Positions 28,808-38,131 of a DNA stretch of 64,000 nucleotides are shown here, piece after piece. A program made the position numbers and the translations under genes. This stretch comes from an uncultured delta proteobacterium (GTDB lineage: Bacteria > Myxococcota_A > Polyangia > Polyangiales > Polyangiaceae). Under the pieces are notes generated by a model. That model ran no database searches. It was not told where the DNA came from and was given only the letters and a program-made list of their open reading frames with translations. The stretch lies in contig CAWKKR010000004.1 in the NCBI GenBank assembly GCA_963850305.1, forward strand, positions 384,001 through 448,000, given 5' to 3'. How positions within the stretch are numbered: position 1 is the first letter of the stretch; every line of letters starts with the position of its first letter.

Positions 28808-30208
28808 TCACCCGTCCGGATAAAGCGCCCCGGGATTCATGAACCCGACGGGATCGAGCGCGTCCTTCACCGCGCGAAGTGCGGCGAGCCCGGGCCCGCC
28901 GAGCTCCCTCGCGAGCCACTCCTTTCGGATGCGCCCGATACCGTGGTGGTGCGCGATGCCGCCGCCTCCATCGATCGTCGCCGCCATGACCCGGCGCCAG
29001 CAGTCCAGATACGTCTCGCGCATGTCGTCTTTCGCGGCCGGGTGCGCGGCGAACGTGAAGTACAGGTTCACGCCCGAGCGGTACGCGTGCGAGCTGTGCG
29101 CGGACGCCGTGAGCAAGCCGGAGACGCCGCGCAGCGACGCGAGAACGTCGCGATAGATGGCGCCGATGCGATCCCAGGTCGCCGCGATCTCGACGGTGTC
29201 GAGCACGACCCCGTTTTCGAGGAACTGGAGGAACGATGGCACGTGGTTGCGCTCCGCGAGCCAACGTTCCGTCGCTCCAGGCGACGCTGGAACTGCACCC
29301 ATGGCGGCCGCGAGCTCCGCGACGGCGCGCGCTTCGACCTCGGCGCAGACCGCGGGCCCCTCATGGACGGCGAGGAGCAGTGCGTCGTCGCCGCGCGCGT
29401 GAGCGGAGAACATGCGTTGCGCCTCGGTGGAATCGTACTGGCGCAGCACGACGGGGCGGAAGCCTCGCGCGACGATCTCGCGCTGAAGCGCGAAGCCGGC
29501 ATCCATGTCCGCAACGTGAAAGGCCGCGAGCGCGCGTTTCTCCGGGATGCGCCGGACCGACAGAGTGACGCGCGTGATGATCCCGAGCGTCCCCTCGCTG
29601 CCGAGCAGGAGGTGTCGCAGGTCGGGCCCAGTCGATGCGCGGGGAGTCTCCCGCGTCTCGAGCACGTCGCCGCTCGGGAGAACGGCCTGGAGCGAGAAAA
29701 GCACGTCCTCGATGTTGCCGTAGCCCGTCGAGAACTGGCCCGCCGCACGAGTTGCAACCCAGCCGCCGACGCTGCTCACACCGATCGACTGCGGGTAGTG
29801 CCCGAGAGTGAGTCCGTGCGCGTTCAGCGTCGCCTCCGCGTCCGTGCCGCGAACGCCGGCCTCGAATGTCCCGAGGAGATTCTCGCCGTCGACGCGCTGC
29901 ACACGGCACATGGCACCGAGGTCGAGAACGACCGCGTCCTGCGACGCCACGACGCCTCCGCACACCCCGCTTCCCAGTCCGAAGGGGATCAATGGCGTGC
30001 GCGTCTCCCTGCACGCATTCACGGTCGCAACGACGTCCGCGGTCTCGGTCGGCCGGACCACGCAGGCCGGGGCAGGCGGCGGGGCACCCACCAGATCCTC
30101 CAGCTGCGAGAGCATCCAGTAGTCGTGACGGCGCGCCTGCGTCACGGCCGCGTCGACGACGACCTTGCCGTCGCCGAGGGCGGTCCGGAGCCGGTCGAAG
30201 ACGGTCAC
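28808..30208 (-). CDS. FAD-binding oxidoreductase, alkylglycerone-phosphate synthase-like
   Basis: GHYPQS, GGWVATRAAGQFSTGYGNIED, GSEGTLG, HSSHAY and HHHGIG. GTG start overlaps the upstream stop. Confidence 0.82.
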   Translation of the reverse strand: MTVFDRLRTALGDGKVVVDAAVTQARRHDYWMLSQLEDLVGAPPPAPACVVRPTETADVVATVNACRETRTPLIPFGLGSGVCGGVVASQDAVVLDLGAMCRVQRVDGENLLGTFEAGVRGTDAEATLNAHGLTLGHYPQSIGVSSVGGWVATRAAGQFSTGYGNIEDVLFSLQAVLPSGDVLETRETPRASTGPDLRHLLLGSEGTLGIITRVTLSVRRIPEKRALAAFHVADMDAGFALQREIVARGFRPVVLRQYDSTEAQRMFSAHARGDDALLLAVHEGPAVCAEVEARAVAELAAAMGAVPASPGATERWLAERNHVPSFLQFLENGVVLDTVEIAATWDRIGAIYRDVLASLRGVSGLLTASAHSSHAYRSGVNLYFTFAAHPAAKDDMRETYLDCWRRVMAATIDGGGGIAHHHGIGRIRKEWLARELGGPGLAALRAVKDALDPVGFMNPGALYPDG

Positions 30209-31770
30209 GTCGCGCGAAGCTCGCGTTTCAATATCTTGCCCGTCGCATTCTTGGGGAGCTCCGCACGCGTCTCGACGTGTCGCGGCACCTTGAACGCGGC
30301 GAGGTGCTCCCGGCAAAAGTCCGCAATTTCCTTCGGTTCCGTGCTCTGACCCGGTCGAAGCACGAGAATCGCCTTCACGGACTCACCCTGATACTCGTCG
30401 GGAACGCCGACGACCGCGGCGTCGAGCACCTTCGGGTGACGGAGAAGGACGTTCTCCACCTCGATCGGATAGACGTTGAACCCGCTGACGAGGATCATGT
30501 CCTTCTTGCGATCGACGATCGTGTAATACCCGTCCGCGTCCACCCGGCCGAGATCGCCGGTGTGGAACCATCCCCCACCGAGAGCCTCCGCGGATTCGGC
30601 TGGGCGCTTCCAGTAGCCTCGAAAGACGTTGGGACCGCGTGCGAGGATCTCGCCCACTTCGCCGGGAGCGACGTCCCTGCCCTGCTCGTCGACGAGGCGC
30701 AACTGGACGCCAGGGATGGGGGGGCCGACCGAGCCGGGCTTGTTCACGGGACCGGCGGCATTCGAGCAGAGCGTCGGCGCGGTTTCACTCAAGCCATAGC
30801 CCTCGCAGATCTCGACGCCCGTCCGTGCCCTGAAACGCTCCAGGATCACGACGGGTAGAGGGGCCGCGCCCGAAAAGGCGAGACGGAGCGAGGACACGTC
30901 GACGTCCTCGAGGCCCGGCGTGTTGACGAACGCGAAGTACATCGGAGGCGCGCCGTAGAACACGGTCACCCGGTGCCGCTCCATGAGCGAGAAGACCCGC
31001 GCCGCATCGAAACGCGAGACGAGCACGAACGGCGTCGCCCCGAGCAGGGCGCGGTTCAGAGCGAGGTTCAGAGCGTACGCGTGAAACAGCGGCAGCACGA
31101 GAAGAGCGACATCCTCTTCGGTGGCAGGGGGCACGCCCGGCAGATCGAGCGTGTTGTCGATGACGGCCAAGACGTTCGCGTGGGACACCATGGCCCCCTT
31201 GGGCTTGCCGGTGGTTCCCGAGGTGTACTGGATGAACGCGATGGCGTGCTTGTCCACCGGGATTGACGGACGCGACTCCGCGGCTCGCGCCTTGAACCCG
31301 TCGTAGCCGACGACACCCGGTGTCGCCTCCTTGCCGATGGCGACGATCTCGCGAAGCTCGGGCAGCGACGAGCGCAGTCCGGCGATCTTCGGCGTCAGAT
31401 CGGCACGGGTGAACACGACCTTGGCGCCGCTGTCCGCGAGGATGTGCGCCATCTCCTCGGCCGTGTACATCACGTTGGTCCCCACGAGCGTCGCCCCGGC
31501 CCGCATGACGCCCTGGTAGACCTCGATGAACTCGGGCCGGTTGTCCACGTGGATCGCAACGCGATCTCCCGGTGTCACACCGAGATCGACGAGCGCGTTC
31601 GCCACGCGGTTCGCGGCGCGGTCGAGCTCCGCGTACGTGATCCGACGCTCCTCGAAATAGATCGCGACCCGATCTCCATCGATGGACAGACCGACGGAAA
31701 GTACGTCTGCCAGCGTTTCTCGTTCGCGATCCCGGCGCGACAGGCACTCCAGCGCCCACGGTGAAATCAT
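30205..31770 (-). CDS. Long-chain fatty acid-CoA ligase
   Basis: YTSGTTGKPKG, EGYGLSET, TGDLG, DRKKD and LPKNATGK. Confidence 0.93.
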   Translation of the reverse strand: MISPWALECLSRRDRERETLADVLSVGLSIDGDRVAIYFEERRITYAELDRAANRVANALVDLGVTPGDRVAIHVDNRPEFIEVYQGVMRAGATLVGTNVMYTAEEMAHILADSGAKVVFTRADLTPKIAGLRSSLPELREIVAIGKEATPGVVGYDGFKARAAESRPSIPVDKHAIAFIQYTSGTTGKPKGAMVSHANVLAVIDNTLDLPGVPPATEEDVALLVLPLFHAYALNLALNRALLGATPFVLVSRFDAARVFSLMERHRVTVFYGAPPMYFAFVNTPGLEDVDVSSLRLAFSGAAPLPVVILERFRARTGVEICEGYGLSETAPTLCSNAAGPVNKPGSVGPPIPGVQLRLVDEQGRDVAPGEVGEILARGPNVFRGYWKRPAESAEALGGGWFHTGDLGRVDADGYYTIVDRKKDMILVSGFNVYPIEVENVLLRHPKVLDAAVVGVPDEYQGESVKAILVLRPGQSTEPKEIADFCREHLAAFKVPRHVETRAELPKNATGKILKRELRAT

Positions 31771-32375
31771 GAATCCCGCTCCGTTTCACCGGGCCGCTTC
31801 ATGAACCAGAGCTTCACCTCGACGCCCGGCAAAGTCTCCTCGGACGTTACCGCGTAGCCGTGTTTCTCGTACAGACGAACGCTCGTTGCCTTGTCCGTTT
31901 CCAGATAGCACGGCATTTTCAGAGAGCGCGCGCTGAGGGACCGGAGAAGCTCCGAACCGAGTCCCTGCCCCTGGCATTCCGGTTCGACCCCGAGGATCCA
32001 GAGATACCAGTGCGGGTATTTCGGATGCCGCTTGCGCATCTCGTGATCGATCCGTGCGAAGCGGAGCGCGCGCCGCAACCCGGCGGCGATGGGACCTCGC
32101 GCACCGATGAGCTGCGCGACGATCGGGGGCGGATACCCGCCCGGGGGGAAGGACAGCGCGACCGCCGCGACTCTCCCCTCTACCCTCACGATTTCCGCGA
32201 CCCCATACCGGCGAACCGCCTCGGTGAACCCGATCATGGCCCGCTCGAGTACCCGCAGTCGCACTTCGGGAGGATCCCCGGCAAGCACCGCGGTCATGGC
32301 CGGGTTGTCCCGAAACGCGCGCGCGAGCACGAGGCCCGCAGCCGAGCCGTCCGCCGCGGAGAGTGGCTCGACCAT
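31767..32375 (-). CDS. GNAT family N-acetyltransferase
   Basis: HWYLWILGVEPECQGQGLG, YLET and LYEKHGY. Confidence 0.88.
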   Translation of the reverse strand: MVEPLSAADGSAAGLVLARAFRDNPAMTAVLAGDPPEVRLRVLERAMIGFTEAVRRYGVAEIVRVEGRVAAVALSFPPGGYPPPIVAQLIGARGPIAAGLRRALRFARIDHEMRKRHPKYPHWYLWILGVEPECQGQGLGSELLRSLSARSLKMPCYLETDKATSVRLYEKHGYAVTSEETLPGVEVKLWFMKRPGETERDS

Positions 32376-32458
32376 GCCCCGGGACCATAACACCGAAGGC
32401 CGCGCCGTGATGCGCCGGCCCCTCGCGCTCCCGACGAGTAGTGTTACGTTCCAGGAAA

Positions 32459-33478
32459 ATGAGCTTCGGCCACGACGTGGACCTCGCAGCGGGCAAGCTG
32501 TCCCACATCCTTCACGGCTTCCGCGGGCCGAAGATCAACACCGCCGGCGATCTGGGCCCGTATCTCGACCTCGATCTCGCGACGTTGAACCCCGCGCCGC
32601 CGCCTCTCACGAACGTGGCCGTCCACCGTTCCGTCGCGTCGCCGTTTCGCTCGACGACCACGCTCTCATGGACGAGCACGCATCGGATCCTGTCGCCCGC
32701 GTACGAGCGACGCCACGAAAAGGAATATCGAAGGAACCTGACGGTGTGGGCGCGCTGGCTCCGCCCCGACGGGGTGCGGCGACGCGACTGTCTCGTCTAC
32801 GTCCACGGTTGGCTCGAGCCGGGCTCCTGGGTCGAAGAGGCTCTGGTGTTTCCAAGCTGGGTCCGCGAGCTCGACGTGGATGTCATGCACGTCGCGTTGC
32901 CCTTTCACGGCCGGCGCAATCCACGCGGCGCGCTCTTCTCGGGCGAGTACTTCTGGACCGCCGATCTGGTGCGTTCGTTCGAAGGCACGCGCCAGGCGCT
33001 CCACGACACACGTTCCGCGGTCGACTGGCTGCGCCGGCAGGGATATCGAACGGTGGGCATCACCGGCATCAGCCTCGGAGGGTCGCTCACGATGCTCCTC
33101 GGGTGCCTTGCGCCGCTTCCGGACTACATCATTCCGATCGTCGCCCACCTGAGGCTCGCCGAGGCCGTCGAGAACGCGTCCATCCTCTGGCGCATGAAGA
33201 GTGACCTCGAACGATTCGGCGTTCATGAAGCGGAGCGCCGCCAGATCTTCCAGCGCCTGGGCTTCGACACGGCCGAGCCACTGCTCCCGCCGTCGAAACA
33301 GCTCTGGGTCGAGGCGCGCGAGGACGCGCACATCGATCCCGACCTCGTGCGAGAACAATGGAACGCCTGGGGTCGACCCCCCATTCACTGGATCCCGGGC
33401 GGACACATGACGTTCCCGTTGCACCTCCCGGAGATCACGCGCGCCATGAAGGACTTTCTCACGCGCGCGGTGTGGTGA
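32459..33478 (+). CDS. Alpha/beta hydrolase family protein
   Basis: VHGW, LPFHGRR, GISLGG and PGGH. Confidence 0.82.
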   Translation: MSFGHDVDLAAGKLSHILHGFRGPKINTAGDLGPYLDLDLATLNPAPPPLTNVAVHRSVASPFRSTTTLSWTSTHRILSPAYERRHEKEYRRNLTVWARWLRPDGVRRRDCLVYVHGWLEPGSWVEEALVFPSWVRELDVDVMHVALPFHGRRNPRGALFSGEYFWTADLVRSFEGTRQALHDTRSAVDWLRRQGYRTVGITGISLGGSLTMLLGCLAPLPDYIIPIVAHLRLAEAVENASILWRMKSDLERFGVHEAERRQIFQRLGFDTAEPLLPPSKQLWVEAREDAHIDPDLVREQWNAWGRPPIHWIPGGHMTFPLHLPEITRAMKDFLTRAVW

Positions 33479-33552
33479 GCCAGGCTACTGGAAGTGGGTC
33501 CTACACTTCCACCTCGGTTTCCTCACGGCTGCCCGCCGCATCCCCGAAGGTC

Positions 33553-33586
33553 GTCGCGGGGAGCTCCTTGCGGAGCCCCCCGCGAC
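33553..33586. terminator. GC-rich hairpin between convergent genes
   Basis: GTCGCGGGG-A-GCTCC-ttgc-GGAGC-C-CCCCGCGAC, located between stops at 33478 (+) and 33604 (-). Confidence 0.55.
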
Positions 33587-33603
33587 TTCGGTCATTCACT
33601 CAC

Positions 33604-34191
33604 TCAATGCGTCGCGCCGTTCACGACCGGCGTGGTGCTCGCCGCGCCGTTGGTCCCCGCGTCAGCGGGAGGCCCAACGGATGGCGGCGCGTTCGCGGCG
33701 GGCGCGAGGCTCGCCGCGGAAGCCGGCGCGACGGCGACGTTCGCCGTCGGAGTCGTCGGCACGACGCCGTGGATCGCTGCACGCTGGCGCTTGCCCATCG
33801 TGTGACGGGCAACGCGCGTTGCGCGCAGCTTCTCCGCGGCCTCGGCCTTCGATTCGACCGTCCGGTGAGCGACCTTCTTCGGCGCGAAGCCGAAGGAGGA
33901 GAACTCCGGACTGGTCTCTCCGAACGTCCCGGCCGCGTAGCTCCGGATGGCTGCAAGCACGGGTGCCAGGTCCTCGCGGCTCGACTTGTCGAGACCGACG
34001 AGCTGCGAAAACTTCGCATGCGCGTCGTTCACCGAGTTCATCGTATCCACGTGGGCCTGGAGCTGCGCTTGCAGATCCTTGCTCGCGACCGGCTTGCCCG
34101 CGATGGGCACGCTGGCGTCGGGAGCGAGCTTCGCGAGTGCCGCGATCACGCTCCCTTCCAGATTGAGGAGATCCGTTTTGCTGGTGTTCAT
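33604..34191 (-). CDS. Hypothetical helical protein with basic motif and Pro/Ala tail
   Basis: RBS AAGGAAG before ATG 34191. Contains KLRATRVARHTMGKRQRAAIHG; AT-rich sequence upstream. Confidence 0.75.
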   Translation of the reverse strand: MNTSKTDLLNLEGSVIAALAKLAPDASVPIAGKPVASKDLQAQLQAHVDTMNSVNDAHAKFSQLVGLDKSSREDLAPVLAAIRSYAAGTFGETSPEFSSFGFAPKKVAHRTVESKAEAAEKLRATRVARHTMGKRQRAAIHGVVPTTPTANVAVAPASAASLAPAANAPPSVGPPADAGTNGAASTTPVVNGATH

Positions 34192-34333
34192 GATGCTAAC
34201 TTCCTTTTCTCGATTCACGACGCCCGACATGAGCGCCGTGTTCCCTGCTTAAACCCCCACGCACAACGAATTCTTCCAAGATTTATTTTTTCTAATTACG
34301 ACACACAATCCAGACCCAGCAGCCGGATCCCTC

Positions 34334-34909
34334 GTGTTCGACGTGCACGCGCAGGCTGTCCGTGACGCCCGCGGCGCGATCGCGAATGATCCCGCCAAGA
34401 TCACGAACGATCGAGACGTGATCCACGATGATCTCATCGAGGACGTGCATGATCTCATCGAGGACGTGCATGATCTCGGCGAGGACGGACGCGTCCTCGC
34501 TCAGGACGGACGCGTCCTCGGCGCGGATGTCGACGTCCTCGCTCAGGACGGACGCGTCCTCGACGCGGATGTCGACGTCCTCGCTCAGGACGGACGCGTC
34601 CTCGCTCAGGACGGACGCATCCTCGCTCAGGACGGACGCGTCCTCGCTCAGGACGGACGCGTCCTCGACGCGGATGTCGACGTCCGCGCTCAGGATGGAC
34701 GCGTCCTCGGCGCGGATGTCGACGTCCTCGCTCAGGATGGACGCGCCCGCGCTGCGGACATGGCCATTCGCGACGGCTCGAGCACGATCCGCGCCAAGAT
34801 GTCACGCAGACCGGGAGCAACCGGACGGCAGGCCGCGCCGTCGAAGTGTGGAGGCGCCGCCTCCGACGTCGCGCGCACCGAGGTTGCAGCGCTTCACTCG
34901 AACCAGTGA
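34334..34909 (+). CDS. Possible heptad-repeat protein (DGRVLAQ/DVDVLAQ)n; coding status uncertain
   Basis: Open frame across the array, but other frames are also open and there is no clear RBS. Confidence 0.25.
   Translation: MFDVHAQAVRDARGAIANDPAKITNDRDVIHDDLIEDVHDLIEDVHDLGEDGRVLAQDGRVLGADVDVLAQDGRVLDADVDVLAQDGRVLAQDGRILAQDGRVLAQDGRVLDADVDVRAQDGRVLGADVDVLAQDGRARAADMAIRDGSSTIRAKMSRRPGATGRQAAPSKCGGAASDVARTEVAALHSNQ
34430..34756. repeat. 21-bp tandem repeat array, about 15 units
   Basis: Two GACGTGCATGATCTCRKCGAG units from 34442, then 13 units built mostly from GA(C/T)GGACGC or GATGTCGAC + GTCCTC + GCTCAG/GGCGCG/GACGCG (34484-34756). Confidence 0.95.
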
Positions 34910-35523
34910 TCGAGGAGGATCGTGTCGTACCCCGTCGTGGCCTTCAGCTTGCCGTCGTAGCGCGCGAGGATCGCGGTGAGTTCCCCGGGTTGGTACTTCG
35001 ATGAGTCGTAGCCATTGATGTTGGTGAACTCGATCGAGACCCAGACGCTCGTGAGTCCGAGAGGGTCGTTCTGGTCCTTCGGCGTGTAGCGGATCGGGAG
35101 CTGGAACGTCCCCGGCGTCACTCCGCCGATGTTTCCCGTGAAGAGGACCCATTTCCCCTTGGCAAGACGGTCGAGCGCTTTCACGGCATCCGCGTCCACG
35201 CCGCGCTTGAGCTGGAGCTTGTACAGCGCTTCCTCGAGGGCCAGGCTCGTCGTGAATCCGCGCGCCTCCGGGGCGAAATGTTCGAGCCTCGCGCGGATGG
35301 AGGGCGTGAGGATCAGGTCGTTCGAGTCGCCGGGGCGTCGCGGCCCGGGTTTCTCGGGCGCGGGCGGCGTCGCCGTCGCGGAGCTCGGCGCGCGAACGGC
35401 CAGGCTCTCCGACGCGATCGCCGCGATCGCTCCTGCCGGAGCCGCGTCGGTGGACGACGTGCACGCGGATGCCACCAGCGAGAGGAGCACGGCCGCGTTC
35501 CGTGTGGCGCTGGCTACGTTCAT
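34894..35523 (-). CDS. Hypothetical lipoprotein
   Basis: GGAGG RBS, lipobox LVASAC and a globular beta-rich C-terminal domain. Confidence 0.7.
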   Translation of the reverse strand: MNVASATRNAAVLLSLVASACTSSTDAAPAGAIAAIASESLAVRAPSSATATPPAPEKPGPRRPGDSNDLILTPSIRARLEHFAPEARGFTTSLALEEALYKLQLKRGVDADAVKALDRLAKGKWVLFTGNIGGVTPGTFQLPIRYTPKDQNDPLGLTSVWVSIEFTNINGYDSSKYQPGELTAILARYDGKLKATTGYDTILLDHWFE

Positions 35524-35542
35524 CGTCAGGCCTCCCTCTCTT

Positions 35543-36436
35543 TCAGTCTCGGTCGCCCTTGGCGGAGAACGCTGCGGCGTGCTCTGGCCAGCGCTCTTCG
35601 GGCCAGGGTTGGATCCGGATTTCGGGCATCGGCTCGGGATCCGGGATGGGCCAGGAGCTTCCCCAGAGTGAGCCGCCGCCGTCCACGCGGATCGTTTCAC
35701 CCGTCACGAAGTCGCCCGCGGGCGAGAGCAGGTACGCGACGGCCCACGCGACGTCTTCCGGCCGTCCGAGGCGCTTCAAGGGAACTTGACTCTGCGCGTG
35801 CTCCGGGAGGCCCTTGGGGTAGTTGTGCATGCCCGTGGACACGATGACTCCCGGCGCGACCGCGTTCACGAGGATGCCGTGGCGCGCCCACTCGACGGCG
35901 AGTGTCTTCGTCATGTTCACGACACCGGCGCGCGCGGCGCCCGTGTGGACCATGCCCGGAAAGCCGTCCCACATGTCCGCGACGATGGTCACGATCCTTC
36001 CGCCGTGGTCGAGCATCCATTTGACGGCCGCAGCCTGGGCCATGTTGAAGGGGCCGGTGAGGTTCGTCTCGATGACGGCGCGCCAGCCCTTCTCGGAGAT
36101 GCTCTCCGCGGGCGACGGGAATTGTCCGCCGCCGTTGTTGACGACGTAGTCCACCTTGCCGAACCGCGTGAGCGTCTCGTCGAAGAGTGCGTCGACCTCC
36201 GCACGCTCGCGAACGTTACAGCGGATCGGGACGACCTGGGCGCCGTAGTCCACCGAGAGTCCGCGCGCGGCGACCACCAGGCGTTCGAGCTTCCGCGACG
36301 CGATGACGACCTTCGCGCCGAGCTGCGCGAGCTCCTCGGCAATGGCGAGACCGATACCCGATCCGCCGCCGGTCACGATCGCAACCCGATCACGGAATAG
36401 ATCGCGGCTGAAGATCGACCGGTGACCTCCGGGCAT
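35543..36436 (-). CDS. SDR oxidoreductase (trans-2-enoyl-CoA / 2,4-dienoyl-CoA reductase-like)
   Basis: TGGGSGIG, NNGGGQF, HTGAARAG and VDGG. Confidence 0.9.
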   Translation of the reverse strand: MPGGHRSIFSRDLFRDRVAIVTGGGSGIGLAIAEELAQLGAKVVIASRKLERLVVAARGLSVDYGAQVVPIRCNVRERAEVDALFDETLTRFGKVDYVVNNGGGQFPSPAESISEKGWRAVIETNLTGPFNMAQAAAVKWMLDHGGRIVTIVADMWDGFPGMVHTGAARAGVVNMTKTLAVEWARHGILVNAVAPGVIVSTGMHNYPKGLPEHAQSQVPLKRLGRPEDVAWAVAYLLSPAGDFVTGETIRVDGGGSLWGSSWPIPDPEPMPEIRIQPWPEERWPEHAAAFSAKGDRD

Positions 36437-36458
36437 GAGCCAAAGATTACCAGGAAGT

Positions 36459-37217
36459 CTAAAGGTCTCCCAGATCCGTCATCAGCTCCTTGAACTTGAA
36501 GCCGACGGGCGCTTTCTGCGTGGCCTTGTCGATGAAGTCCTTGCTGAGCACGGCGTAGGCCTCGTCACAGTACGCATCCCAGAATGCCCACGTCATGCGG
36601 AGCGGCGCACCCCACGTGATGACGGTGAGCCCGTGCACGTCGTATTCCACGACGTTCACGGCGTGACCACCCCATGATCCCGGCGCACCCTGCCCGGTCG
36701 CTCCGCCCGCCGGCACGGCCCACAGGGTCTGCCCTTGCGCCGAGATCGGTAGCTGCACGCCGATATACGCTCCGCCGAAGAGGTCCACGGCCTGCTTGAC
36801 GTGCAGATGACTCCCCGGTTCGACCGCGACGAAGCCCCCGATCTTGTGTCCCCCGAATCCGGTGTTCCGGAAGTACTTCAGAACGTCGAGTTCGACGGCA
36901 CCGTTGTCGTTCTTGCCGGTCGATGGGTCGTAACCGCTCACGGCCTCGTACGCCTTCAACACCGCCGCGTCACTGATCGCCGCCACGGTCTTCTGTGCGG
37001 CAGCGGTCCACGCCTCGATCATGTGACCGACGGCCGCGCACGTACAATCGCCGATCTTGTCGTTGTCGTACATCGGCCACTTCTTCACGGCCTTGCCGTA
37101 GTCGACCGCGGGCGGCGGTGCGGGCACCTCGGGCGTGACGTATTTGGCCATCATCAACGTGCGCGCGTCGTGACGCGCGGGAAGCTTCCCCAACTTCACC
37201 TCTCGATGCGAACCCAT
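36459..37217 (-). CDS. Papain-fold (C1-like) cysteine peptidase-like protein, no signal peptide
   Basis: NDKIGDCTCAA (putative Cys nucleophile), GGHAV (His) and VITWG; AGGAG RBS. Confidence 0.65.
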   Translation of the reverse strand: MGSHREVKLGKLPARHDARTLMMAKYVTPEVPAPPPAVDYGKAVKKWPMYDNDKIGDCTCAAVGHMIEAWTAAAQKTVAAISDAAVLKAYEAVSGYDPSTGKNDNGAVELDVLKYFRNTGFGGHKIGGFVAVEPGSHLHVKQAVDLFGGAYIGVQLPISAQGQTLWAVPAGGATGQGAPGSWGGHAVNVVEYDVHGLTVITWGAPLRMTWAFWDAYCDEAYAVLSKDFIDKATQKAPVGFKFKELMTDLGDL

Positions 37218-37352
37218 CTGTCCCTCTCCTTCGAGACCCGATACCGCTCGGGTGGCCGCTCGACATTGCCCATCGAGTCGTGCCCCGTCCAGCAGGAAAG
37301 ATTGCGGGGACTACCGGACCCAGGGGCCGGATCGTGCGCTAACATCGGCGCC

Positions 37353-38102
37353 ATGCATCCGATGCAAACCGCAGCTCCGATCGCACGGATACGCGCCGAG
37401 GAGCGGCTCTTGCCCACCAGCGAACAGCTCTTCACGGATCCCTACGCCCAGCTCTTCTTCGATGACGAGGCGAATAGCGAGGCCGGCCAGATGTTCGATC
37501 AGCTGCCGTTCTTCAGACCTCACATCCGCGTTCGCACGCGCTACATCGACGATACGGTGCGGCGCGCGCTCGCCGACGGCGTTCGCGACATCGTGCTTCC
37601 GGGCGCCGGCTTCGACACGCGAGCCCTGCGCTTGCCGGAAGTCGCGGCGTCGGGTGCGCGTGTCGTGGAGATCGATCACGCGGAACAGCTCGACGAGAAG
37701 CGCCGTCGTCTGACTGCGGCCGGCGTCGCGCTTCCGAGCCACGTCGTGCAGGCGCCCGCGGATCTGGCCGTCGCAGGCGAGCTCGAACGCGCGCTCGACG
37801 CCGCGGGAGTGCGTGCCGGCACGCGCATCCTCTGGGTGTGCGAGGGACTCCTCGGGTACCTCTCTCCCGACGCGGTCGTCGATCTCGCGGAGCGCACCGG
37901 GCTCCGTTCGGGTGCAGGCTCGTCCTTCATCGGAAATCATTCCATCTATTCACACAGCGTCGCGGCTCTCACCGAGGCCTTCGCCCGATCCGGATGGAGG
38001 GGGCACGCGGGGCCGAACTGCGAGGAGCTCTACCGAGCCCTCATCGGCCCCGAGCCGCCCCCGGGCGGCGAAGTCTACGCATTTTTCGAGGCCGAGCGCT
38101 GA
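37353..38102 (+). CDS. Class I SAM-dependent methyltransferase (LCM-like family)
   Basis: DPYA, RTRYID, GAGFDTRA, EID and EGLLGYL. Confidence 0.85.
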   Translation: MHPMQTAAPIARIRAEERLLPTSEQLFTDPYAQLFFDDEANSEAGQMFDQLPFFRPHIRVRTRYIDDTVRRALADGVRDIVLPGAGFDTRALRLPEVAASGARVVEIDHAEQLDEKRRRLTAAGVALPSHVVQAPADLAVAGELERALDAAGVRAGTRILWVCEGLLGYLSPDAVVDLAERTGLRSGAGSSFIGNHSIYSHSVAALTEAFARSGWRGHAGPNCEELYRALIGPEPPPGGEVYAFFEAER

Positions 38103-38131
38103 AGCTGGACCCAGGGTCAGGCGGCGCCGCC

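Noticed and set aside
24947..30349. Very long plus-strand ORFs 24947..27412 and 27668..30349
   Set aside because: They are antisense shadows of plsC/gltA and ALDH/AGPS-like genes, as expected from high-GC codon bias, and have no recognisable motifs.
34430..34756. 21-bp array as a CRISPR array
   Set aside because: The units abut with no unique spacers, and there are no cas genes in the window.
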